Part shown: piece by piece, positions 20,921-29,701 of the stretch
Numbering within the stretch: position 1 is the stretch's first letter
How the letters are laid out: each line of letters begins with the position of its first letter
From: an uncultured Chloroflexia bacterium
GTDB taxonomy: Bacteria > Chloroflexota > Anaerolineae > B4-G1 > SLSP01
Direction: 5' to 3'
Length of the DNA stretch: 64,000 bases
Assembly (NCBI GenBank): GCA_963751345.1
Contig: CAVVUS010000044.1
Location: 32,001-96,000, forward strand
The notes under the pieces: generated by a model
Seen by the model: the letters and a program-made list of their open reading frames with translations, nothing else
The model's database searches: none
Told to the model about the DNA's origin: nothing
Translations under genes and position numbers: made by a program

Positions 20921-21196
20921 TCAAGGGGCGGGCTGAGCCTGCGGCTCGTCGCGGTACGCCCATCTGAGACGGTCCAGACGATCGAGGTAGTTCAACACAT
21001 CTGTCGAGTCCGTCCACTGGTCGATCGCGCCCAGGCGAGGAGGAAACGCGAGCACTTCGGGATCCGTGATCTGTGACTCGAATGGCATCTGTGAAACGTT
21101 CCGCGTGGATGACAAGAAAGGGACGGTCGAAGAACTGCAAGAAGCGCACCAAGGCTCCTTTGTCCACGTCTGTGTGAGAGCATATCCTCGGCCCAC
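20921..21196 (-). pseudogene. C-terminal remnant of a DUF4037-type protein
   Basis: Two frames join to ..QFFDRPFLVIHAERFTDAI/QITDPEVLAFPPRLGAIDQWTDSTDVL, the usual C-terminus of DUF4037 proteins; no room for the N-terminus. Confidence 0.55.
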
Positions 21197-21280
21197 AGTA
21201 TCACGTCCCGGTCGTCGTGCAAGCCGGGCGGGAGTTGCGACAGGCCGGGTGCGAGAGGGCAGGAAGCGGGCGCCTGATGG

Positions 21281-22769
21281 TCATCCAATGACAGCGTTGA
21301 GGCGCCGGAGGGCAGCCTCGCGCCCGATCGCCTCGAGTGTCTCATAGAGTGATGGCGTAGCTTGGCGCCCTGAGATGGCAATCCGTAGCGCCATGTAGAG
21401 CTCCCCGCGCTTCCATCCGAGAGCCTGGACCTGGGCATCGAGCACGGTCGCGAGGCCCTCCGAAGTCCATTCGTCAGCATGCAACCTTGCGAGTGCCCCG
21501 GCGGCCGTGGCAAGCGCTCTCTGCAGCACCGTCCACGTATGACGCCGTGTGAAGCGATTCTGGCCCAGTAACTCCAGACAGCCTCTCAGGGTCCGGGTCA
21601 TAGAAGAAGAAGGAGAGCAGGTCGGGTGCTTCGTTGAGCGTCTTCATGCGTTCTCGGACCAACGCCACGATACTTTCCGTGCGCTCCGTCTCCCGGGCGG
21701 ACCGGTCCATCACCGAGATAGGCTCTGCAGCACTAACGAGCGGCAGGACTCGCCGCGTCAGATCGGGTACCGGGAGATGTCGGATATAGTATCCGTTCAT
21801 CCACAGGAGCTTGTCCCGGTCAAAGATGGCATTGGACGGACTGCAGCGGCCCAGCGAGAACGACGCCAGCAAGTCGTCAAGGGACAGAATCTCCCGGTCT
21901 GTGCCCGGACTCCAGCCGCTGAGCGCGAGGTGGTTGAGCATAGCCTCCGGCAGATATCCCATCTCCTGGAATTCCCCGATGTAGACGGCGCCGGTGCGCT
22001 TGCTGATTTTCGACCGATCGGGGTTGAGCAACAGGCCGACGTGGGCGAAGGCCGGCGGATCGAAGCCCAGTGCTTCGTAGATCTGCAACTGGGGAAACGT
22101 GTTATTGAGATGCTCAGCCCCGCGGATGACGTGCGATATCTCCATCAGATGCTCATCAATGACTGTTGCGAAGTGATAGGTCGGCATCTTATCGGATTTC
22201 ACTATCACGGGATCGCCGATCAGCGCCGCGTCCTGCTCGACGCGGCCTTGCACGAGGTCCTCCAGCACCATAGGCTTGGGCGTGAGTCGCAGCCGCAGAA
22301 CGTTCGGCCGGCCTGCTCGCAAGCGAGTCTGCACTTCGGAGGATGTGAGCGACGCGCAGCGTCCGTCATACCTCGGCGGGTGGCCCTCGGCCAGGGCGGC
22401 CCCGCGCTGAGCTGCGAGCTCGTCCGGCGTGCAGAAACAGCGGTAGGCCCGCCCGCTGTCGAGGAGCCGCTGCGCATGTTCACTGTACAACTCCAACCTC
22501 TCCGACTGCCGGTAGGGGCCGTAAGGTCCGCCGATGTCCGGCCCCTCGTCCCACTGGAGTCCTAACCACTGCAGCCCTTCCAGGATGCCCTGCTCAGATC
22601 GAGCGGTGGACCGCCGGCGGTCGGTGTCGTCGATCCTGAGGATGAACCGTCCCTGGTGCTGCCGTGCGAAGAGCAGATTGTACAGGGCGCTTCGCGCTGT
22701 GCCTACGTGGCAGTGCCCCGTTGGACTCGGCGCGATTCGGACGCGAATCGGGCTGGTTGGACTGGTCAT
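21281..22769 (-). CDS. gltX: Glutamate--tRNA ligase (frameshift ~21580)
   Basis: RIAPSPTG-HCHVG (HIGH), LRIDDTD, YRQSER, CFC..YDGRC, KISKR (KMSKS); anticodon domain LRIAISG..TPSL in the second frame. Confidence 0.95.
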
Positions 22770-22796
22770 GGGTCTCTCCTGGTCTCTTGGGGGAAC

Positions 22797-22828
22797 AAAA
22801 AACCAGCCTACTTGCGGGTAGGCTGGTT
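22797..22828 (-). terminator. Intrinsic terminator (attenuator) in the gltX leader
   Basis: Minus strand AACCAGCCTAC-CCGCAA-GTAGGCTGGTT-TTTTGTT, ~28 nt before the gltX ATG. Confidence 0.88.
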
Positions 22829-22860
22829 GGTGACTCAGGTCGTCGGTCAGCTACGAAGCG

Positions 22861-22932
22861 TCAACCGTCCCGCACGGTAGGGGGGATGGACTGCTGCTCA
22901 CGCTGCTGCCGGCCGACCAATGGGTGGATCAT
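22861..22932 (-). CDS. Gln-rich leader peptide MIHPLVGRQQREQQSIPPTVRDG
   Basis: ATG 6 nt after -10 (leaderless); CAG CAG CGT GAG CAG CAG at 22908-22891; 3' end complementary to the terminator. Confidence 0.8.
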   Translation of the reverse strand: MIHPLVGRQQREQQSIPPTVRDG

Positions 22933-22938
22933 ATTCGC

Positions 22939-22966
22939 ATCGTACAGTGGATGGCCTTATTGTCAA
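22939..22966 (-). promoter_or_regulatory. Promoter of the gltX leader
   Basis: TTGACA-N16-TACGAT. Confidence 0.8.
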
Positions 22967-23131
22967 ATGGTGCCGTCCGCCACCCTCGATGGCAGACGGC
23001 CGAGGAGGGGAGGTCATCGTGAGTAGCCATCGCACGGACGATTGTGGTTCACGCGCCCCGGGCGTACAATCTGCCAACGTCGTGCCCAGCCATACCTCTG
23101 GCGGCTGGGGACCTCAGCAAGGAGACATCGC

Positions 23132-23497
23132 ATGAACCCACCAACTTTCTCAGGGTGGCACTATCGATACCTCATCATCGCGCTGGAGCAGCGGGACCCG
23201 CCGGCGCCGTGGGGCATCCACACGAACCTCGCGTTCAACGATGTTCCCGCCTGCAACTGCCCGGCGACCTTCCATAGTGGCCTCGATGTGCACGGACGTG
23301 AACTCGGCGGGTTCTTCAATACCGACGCGACGCGGACGATCGACGCGATGGTCCCGCCCATCTCGCCGGCGACGTGGCTCACCACACCGAACGGTGCGCC
23401 GATGCTGCGCGAGGCGATTGGTGCGGCGGCCCTCTTCGAAGGCGAGATGAGCCATCACGTCCACTTGCCCCTGGCGTTGGGATTGGGGGCGGCGTGA
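23132..23497 (+). CDS. Hypothetical protein with C-terminal 'VHLPL' tail (possibly a fragment)
   Basis: AAGGAG SD before ATG 23132; stop overlaps the xylB GTG. Confidence 0.45.
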   Translation: MNPPTFSGWHYRYLIIALEQRDPPAPWGIHTNLAFNDVPACNCPATFHSGLDVHGRELGGFFNTDATRTIDAMVPPISPATWLTTPNGAPMLREAIGAAALFEGEMSHHVHLPLALGLGAA

Positions 23498-25008
23498 GGA
23501 CCTCGCCCCTGCTCGTCGGGATTGACGTTGGCACCTCCAGCACCAGGAGCATCGTGGTGACGCCGGACGGCGACGTGCTGGGCTTGGCCGCCCGCGAAAC
23601 GCCGGTCGATACGCCCCGGCCCGGCTGGGCCGAGCAGGACGCGGACGTGTGGGTCGAGACCGCGCTGTCGACGACGCGCGCCGCAATGGCTGCGGCGGAC
23701 GTCGTCCCGGAGGCCGTGCATGCTATCGGCCTATCGGGCCAGATGCATGGCACCGTATGTGTGGGCGAGTCGGGGCGACCGCTGCGCCCTGCTGTGATCT
23801 GGGCCGACCAGAGGACGGTGCAGCAGGTCTCAGAGATCCGCGCGACGCTCGGCGCGGATCAGCTGGCGGCGTGGACGGGGAATCCACTGGCGACCGGCTT
23901 TATGCTGCCGACGTGGGTCTGGCTGCGCGAGCGGGAGCCGGACGTTCTGGCAGCCACGCGTTGGCTGATGCTCCCCAAGGATTACGTCCGCTATCGTCTG
24001 ACCGGCGAACCGGGCACCGAACCGAGTGATGCTTCCTCGACCTCGCTCTTCAATCCCGCAGAACGTCGATGGAGCGAGCCGCTGCTGGCGGCGCTTGATC
24101 TGCCGGACGGGTGTCTGCCGCCCGTCCATCTCTCCACGGCTGTCGCCGGCGGCCTGTTGCCCGATATGGCCGAGGCCGCGGGGCTGCGGCCGGGCACCCC
24201 GGTGATCTATGGTGGGAGCGACCAGGCGATGCAGGCGTTCGGGAATGGCGTGGTCTCGCCGGGCGTGGTCTCGTCCACCATCGGCACGGGAGGGCAACTC
24301 TTTGCGCCGACGGATCGGCCCGTGGTCGACGCGCCTCGGCTGCGGATGCACAGCTTCTGTCACGTCCTGCCCGACCTCTGGCACGTCGAGACCGCTATGC
24401 TTTCGGCAGGGCTATCGCTACGTTGGCTGAGGGATCAGGTGCTGGGTGTGGCCTCCTACGACGAGATCGTGGACGAGGCGCAAGGTGTGCAGCCGGGGGC
24501 GGATGGCCTCCTCTTCCAGCCCTACCTCGCCGGCGAACGCACGCCACACATGGATCCGCGCGCCAGAGGCAGTTTCGTCGGGTTGACGCGACGGCACACA
24601 CGCGCGCACCTAGCGCGGGCCGTGATGGAGGGCGTTGTCTTCGGCATGCGGCAGGGGCTCGACGTGATGCTGTCGTTGGGCGTGCCCGTGGACCGGATCG
24701 TGGCCTCTGGGGGCGCGACACGGCATCCGCTGTGGCTACAGTTGCAGGCCGACATCTACGACCGGCCTATTCACCGCACCGCCTCAGGGGAGGCCGCGGC
24801 GATGGGCGCCGCACTGCTGGCGGGCGTGGGTGTGGGCCTGTTCGCAGATGCACAGACTGCCATTCGCAGTGCCGTCCGCTGGCACGAGGGTGTCGTCCTG
24901 CCCGATCCGGGTCGTGCGAATCTCTATCAGCGTCACTACCAGCTCTACTGCGACCTATATCCTGCATTGGCGTCGACTGATTGGTCGCTGGGGACAACGG
25001 CTCAGTGA
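23494..25008 (+). CDS. xylB: Xylulokinase (FGGY family)
   Basis: GIDVGTSS, GLSGQMHG, PKDYVRY, SDASST, PYLAGERTP, RAVMEG. Confidence 0.92.
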   Translation: MRTSPLLVGIDVGTSSTRSIVVTPDGDVLGLAARETPVDTPRPGWAEQDADVWVETALSTTRAAMAAADVVPEAVHAIGLSGQMHGTVCVGESGRPLRPAVIWADQRTVQQVSEIRATLGADQLAAWTGNPLATGFMLPTWVWLREREPDVLAATRWLMLPKDYVRYRLTGEPGTEPSDASSTSLFNPAERRWSEPLLAALDLPDGCLPPVHLSTAVAGGLLPDMAEAAGLRPGTPVIYGGSDQAMQAFGNGVVSPGVVSSTIGTGGQLFAPTDRPVVDAPRLRMHSFCHVLPDLWHVETAMLSAGLSLRWLRDQVLGVASYDEIVDEAQGVQPGADGLLFQPYLAGERTPHMDPRARGSFVGLTRRHTRAHLARAVMEGVVFGMRQGLDVMLSLGVPVDRIVASGGATRHPLWLQLQADIYDRPIHRTASGEAAAMGAALLAGVGVGLFADAQTAIRSAVRWHEGVVLPDPGRANLYQRHYQLYCDLYPALASTDWSLGTTAQ

Positions 25009-25310
25009 TCGCTCATCGCCCCAAATTGACAGAGGAGATGTGGACGCCAATACCCCGTCGCCTCCCTGGTTCTGGAGCCCCGGTGTCTGTCGTGTCTATC
25101 TCAAGCGCTTGCATCGTGGTCATCGAGTTCGGCACCCGGCGGATGATCGCGCCATAGGTCAGTGTCCCGCTCTACACCCTTCTTGTACAAGACGGAGTAG
25201 TTGTTGTACAATCCCTCTCATACCGAAAGCTAACTTTCTGGTGCGGTCGGCGTACGTGCGCCGGTCGCCAGGGGAGTCAGCCTGAGCCATCGGCTGTGAG
25301 GAGGTGAGCT

Positions 25311-26601
25311 ATGGTTTCGCTGCGACGTATATGCCTCGCGGTCGTCACCCTTTCGGCGGTCCTGCTGTGCGCCAGCACGCCTGCGGCTGCATACCCTCAG
25401 GGGCAGACCGGCTCCGCCCCGCCTGTCCTGGGCTCCGGGCCCTTGTCGGGCGTCATCCGTGCCCCCGACGGTTATGCCACGCCGGCAGCGCCCGTACCGG
25501 AGTCCACGGGGACCGTGGCTGCGACCGGCGGGCTGCGGGCGGTGGCCGTTGTCGGAGACGTGGGCAGCGTGACGGCTACCTATAAGCAGGATATGGACTC
25601 CGCCGTGACGGCCCTGGAGGCGCACGGTGTTACGGTGACGCGCTTCACCTATGGTGAAGGTAGCTTCACCTGGGCGGATATCGTGGCGGCGGCACAAGGG
25701 TGCACACTTCCTGCTGTATATGGGCCATGGCGTTTACTGGGGTGGCACGTGCACCAACCCCACGAGTGTAGGGGGCTTCTACCTGGGACCAGGGCAGTTT
25801 GTGTCACCAGGTGCAGTCTACACAGACCTTGCGGGGCGACTGGCTGATGATGCAGTGATCATCTTCAGCCACGCGTGTTACACTGCCGGCAGTACTGCGT
25901 GCGATGCGAGCGGTCAACCGGGCGTGGCAGAGGCCGAGCGCCGCGTGACGCTCTATGCTGAGGCCTTCACCCATCTTGGTTTGCAGGCGTACTTTGCCAA
26001 CAACTACTTCGGGTCGGCCGCGGCCATCGTCAACCGTCTGCTCGACGATTCATCATTCCGGAGTAGCGTTGGCGACGTCTTCCGTGCCACGTACCCCAAC
26101 GGTTCAGGCAACCATCGCGATCTCAGTTACCCGGTCCCAGGCTACGATCTCTGGCTGAACGGCAGCGATGGGAATTGGGATCACGGCTTCGTGGGGCAGC
26201 CGTCCTACGTCTTCAGTGGGGACCTTGTTGTGCCTGAGCTGGGCGGACTTCCGGCGACGCTTGGCTTCCTGCACAGCGAATACGATCACGTCACCACACC
26301 CGCGGTCGCCCATCTCACTCCCGCCAATGTGACGACAGATGATCAGCTGACCTGGAGTGTGACCAAGGTCGGGAACTGGTTCAGCGTCGCGCCTCTTTCG
26401 GGCACAACGCCCGACGGATTCACGTTGTCTCCGGGAACCTTGGAGGCTCTGCCTCCCGGGTCCTACACGGGGGCGATCACCGTGTCGGTCACAGATCCCG
26501 CGGACGCCGTGGCGACTCCTCAGCGGATCGAGGTGTTCCTCCGGGTGACCGACGGGCCACTCTACATCGCGTACCTTCCTGCGGTCGCCAAGCACCCGTA
26601 G
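25311..26601 (+). CDS. Secreted protein with BACON-like domain and C-terminal YLPAV tail (frameshift ~25700)
   Basis: Signal peptide; LYMGHG..FSHAC (caspase/gingipain-like His-Cys spacing, inference); WFSVAPLSG..PGSYTGAITV. Confidence 0.7.
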
Positions 26602-26734
26602 TCGCCTAACCCAAACCTTGCCAACGATATCCACCCTCAGACCCACACAGCCCGTCATCTGGATCATCGGCGGGCGTGCTATGCTGTCAGTGATAGCCTG
26701 GATCGGCCGGGTTTCGCACTAAGGGAGGTAGACT

Positions 26735-27004
26735 ATGATGAAGCTGATGCTGCGGCATACGGTTCAGGACTTCGCGCGATGGAAGGTTGTCTTCGACCAG
26801 CACGAGTCCGCCCGCAAGGATGCCGGCCTGACGGTGGAGCATATCTGGCGGAACGCTGACAACCCTAACGAGGTCATTGTACTGATGGACGTCGCCGATG
26901 TGCAGGCGGCGCAGTTGTTTTCTGGTTCGGCTGAACTCAAGGAGGCCATGGCTGAGGGAGGCGTGATGGGGCCGCCCGACGCGGTCTTCCTTACGAGCGA
27001 TTGA
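26735..27004 (+). CDS. Small dimeric alpha-beta barrel ('cyclase'-like) protein
   Basis: HTVQDFARWKVVFD..DNPNEV..LKEAMAEGGV; GGGAGG SD. Confidence 0.75.
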   Translation: MMKLMLRHTVQDFARWKVVFDQHESARKDAGLTVEHIWRNADNPNEVIVLMDVADVQAAQLFSGSAELKEAMAEGGVMGPPDAVFLTSD

Positions 27005-27074
27005 GGCCACACCACATATGACGGGGCAGGTCCCCAGGCATGCGGCGACCAGAGGACCTGCCTGACCCTACGTG

Positions 27075-28364
27075 CTAGAAGGGGCGGGGAGCTGCGCCCA
27101 TCAGGTAGCCGAAACGTTCCATCAACTGCTCCGGCGTCATGTTGGTCTGTGCGGCCATTCTCGAGATCAGGATGTCGTCGTCGGCGTTCTCTTCCTTGAG
27201 ACGCACCATCAGCTTGTACGCTGAGTGGTACTGGGCGGAGTCCACATCGACGATGCGCACCTCGGTGCGCCCGGTCTCAGGATCCATCATGTCGTCAAAG
27301 GGGATCGGGACCACATGGCCATTCTGGATCGTCACGGTAGCGTGGCTGCCGCCGCTGAGCAGGAACTCAACCGCAGCCTGCCCGATGCTCCGCGTATAGT
27401 CGATGTCGTAGGGACTGGGGTCACAACTGCGGAGTTCGTACCCAATGTCCTTACTGACGAGGCGCATATCGATGCCGATCTCCTTGAGCTCGGTGCGAAC
27501 GGCCTTGCGCAGCGTGTCCCCGATGTTGATCTCGGCAAGTCGGACGTGGCCGTGCTCGTCCCTCTCAGCATTGTTAATTTCGTCAAAGTCTGACGGATCC
27601 ATCAACTCGACCAGACCCTCGGCAACCACGGCGACGCCGTGGTTGCGTCCCTCCGCGAGCCTGCGCAAGATCGATGCGACGAGGACGTCCACGACCTCCT
27701 GCATCCGCACTCTGCGCCCACGCCACTCCTCTGGGATGAGGGTAAGGGTCGCGCCCGAGCTACGGCCTATGGCGAGGGCAAGATGCCCGGCTTTGCGGCC
27801 CATGGCCACGACGATATACCATCTCTGGGTCGTCAAGGCGTCCTCCATCAGGCTCAAGACGATGCGCGCACCCGTGTCGCGGGCGGTCTCGAACCCGAAG
27901 GTGGGAATCTCGTAGGGCAGGGGCAGATCGTTATCGATGGTCTTCGGCGCGTGTGCGGTGCGGATCCGAACCCCAAGGTTCTCGTCAGCGTAGCGAGCCA
28001 CGCGGTAGGCAGAATAGGCCGTGTCGTCGCCGCCGATGGCCAGAAGGCAGCTAATGCCGTTGTCGATGAGGGCCTGACCACACTTGCGCAGCAGCGCCTC
28101 GTCGCGCGTTGGGTTCGCGCGGGACGTGTAGAGAATCGATCCGCCGCGGCTGTAGATGCGCGTGACGTCATCAAACGTGAGGCTCTGTCCGACGACCTTG
28201 CCCTCCATCAAGTGCTTGAAGCCCTCGCGGATGCCAATGACTTCCATCCCGTTGTTGAGTGCTTCAATCGTCGCCGCGTGAATCACGCCGTTGATGCCGG
28301 GGGCGGGGCCTCCGCCCACGAGAATACCGAGTTTGCCGTGTTTGGATTCGTAGATCATGCCCAT
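27075..28364 (-). CDS. pfp: PPi-dependent 6-phosphofructokinase
   Basis: GGGPAPGIN, GGDD (Asp) and PKTIDND (Lys) PPi signature, MGR, GYELR. Confidence 0.88.
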   Translation of the reverse strand: MGMIYESKHGKLGILVGGGPAPGINGVIHAATIEALNNGMEVIGIREGFKHLMEGKVVGQSLTFDDVTRIYSRGGSILYTSRANPTRDEALLRKCGQALIDNGISCLLAIGGDDTAYSAYRVARYADENLGVRIRTAHAPKTIDNDLPLPYEIPTFGFETARDTGARIVLSLMEDALTTQRWYIVVAMGRKAGHLALAIGRSSGATLTLIPEEWRGRRVRMQEVVDVLVASILRRLAEGRNHGVAVVAEGLVELMDPSDFDEINNAERDEHGHVRLAEINIGDTLRKAVRTELKEIGIDMRLVSKDIGYELRSCDPSPYDIDYTRSIGQAAVEFLLSGGSHATVTIQNGHVVPIPFDDMMDPETGRTEVRIVDVDSAQYHSAYKLMVRLKEENADDDILISRMAAQTNMTPEQLMERFGYLMGAAPRPF

Positions 28365-28504
28365 AGGTTGCCTCTCTTCAATGATTGTAGGTTTGCTTGA
28401 GCCGCAGGACGGCCAGCCTCGGCGAAGTATAACGTAAGTTAGGTCTCAGGCAATGACACCTAACCTTGCCCGTTTACCGGTTGACTGCGCGACCCAAAGG
28501 CAGA

Positions 28505-28891
28505 TCAACTACCCATGGGGGTGCCACGCTGCGCGAGCTGGAGCGCGATACCCCACGGGTCGCGTAGCATTACGAGACGCGTCCCGTCGGCTGAAGTTGA
28601 GTCCGAGAGCTCCGAAGCTCCGGCAGCGAGCAGCCGGGCCTTCGTCGCGCCCATATCCTCCACTGCGAAGGCGACGTGGACGACGAGAGGGTCCTGTTGT
28701 GTGTAGTCGGGAATCGGAGCCTTGGTGTTGGCATAGAGCTCGAAGATCACCCGGCCCGTGGCGTCGGCCAGGAATCGCATATAGGGTGGGCCATCGCCCG
28801 AACGCACGATGCGCATACCGCAGTTGTCGACGTACCACTCTGCCATCGATCTGGGGTCGGGCACATTGAGGGCGACGTGTTCGAAATACAT
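28505..28891 (-). CDS. VOC/glyoxalase family protein
   Basis: FEHVALNV..HVAFAV..LRDPWGIALQL; GAGGAGG SD. Confidence 0.88.
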   Translation of the reverse strand: MYFEHVALNVPDPRSMAEWYVDNCGMRIVRSGDGPPYMRFLADATGRVIFELYANTKAPIPDYTQQDPLVVHVAFAVEDMGATKARLLAAGASELSDSTSADGTRLVMLRDPWGIALQLAQRGTPMGS

Positions 28892-29152
28892 ACTGGGGCC
28901 TCCTCTGGTGTTATTGCCGCGCTTGATGGCATCCGATGACGGCTCTTGCGCGAGCACGGTAACGATGTCGTCCGATTGTACCTGCAAGCCCCTCAGGCGC
29001 AACAGCCCGGCCCTGCAAAGGCTGGAGTGGCATCGGTTTGTGTGGAGCCCAGTGGTCAGGTCTCACTCACCACCTAGAGTAGGGCGCCCGACGTGTCGCA
29101 GGAAAGCCACGCACCAAGCGTCAGGTTTGCGTCAAGTATTCCAGCAGACATC

Positions 29153-29255
29153 TGCTATTCTATATGTAGATCGCGCAGGAACGCGAGTGACATTAGATTC
29201 TCCTCCTTCTGGAGAACCGGAGGCATTGGGGACAGCCTCCGGTTCTTCACGTCTA
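29153..29255 (+). ncRNA. Putative small RNA, copy 1 (anti-SD seed plus hairpin)
   Basis: TGcTATTCT extended -10; CTCCTCCTT at 29200-29208; stem 29211-29248. Confidence 0.55.
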
Positions 29256-29373
29256 TGGAAGTATCCTCGGGTAACCAAACCTACTTCAGACCAACTGCGG
29301 CTGATTTTCCCGATACTGTAGGGATGACGTCAGCTAAACATCAGATAATCGTCAGGCGTGATCGCCATAATTA

Positions 29374-29473
29374 TGCTATATTTATCATACAAAACAGGGA
29401 CGCACACGACGTGAGATTTCCTCCTTTTGGAGAGCCGGAGGCTTCGGGGGCAGCCTCCGGCTCTTCGCGTCTC
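29374..29473 (+). ncRNA. Putative small RNA, copy 2
   Basis: TGcTATATT extended -10; TCCTCCTT at 29419-29426; stem 29429-29466 with a compensatory change relative to copy 1. Confidence 0.55.
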
Positions 29474-29701
29474 CAGGCCCAGTGGCGCTAAGGCCGGGCG
29501 CCTTCAGCCAGCCCCTGGGCCCCGTGCAAAGCCTTCCTTCCGTTTCATTCTAGGTAGGGGACGAACTCAGGCGGTATCGTGACGTAGCCTTGCATCGAGT
29601 CGAAGGCATCTCCGGTGGCCATAGGATAGGGCTCCGCCAACCAGGGATGAATATCGGAGACTTACGCGTGAAGCCGGTATCCCGGCCCGTGACACCCCAG
29701 A

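Noticed and set aside
22770-22940. T-box riboswitch upstream of gltX
   Set aside because: No T-box consensus (GGTGGnACC) before the terminator and no room for Stem I; the uORF/antiterminator model fits directly.
29153-29475. CRISPR array, or minus-strand mini-ORFs after AAGGAGG (MSLAFLRDLHIE)
   Set aside because: Only two diverged units ~220 bp apart and no cas genes. The ATG of copy 1 is ACG in copy 2, and G-U pairs favour a plus-strand RNA.
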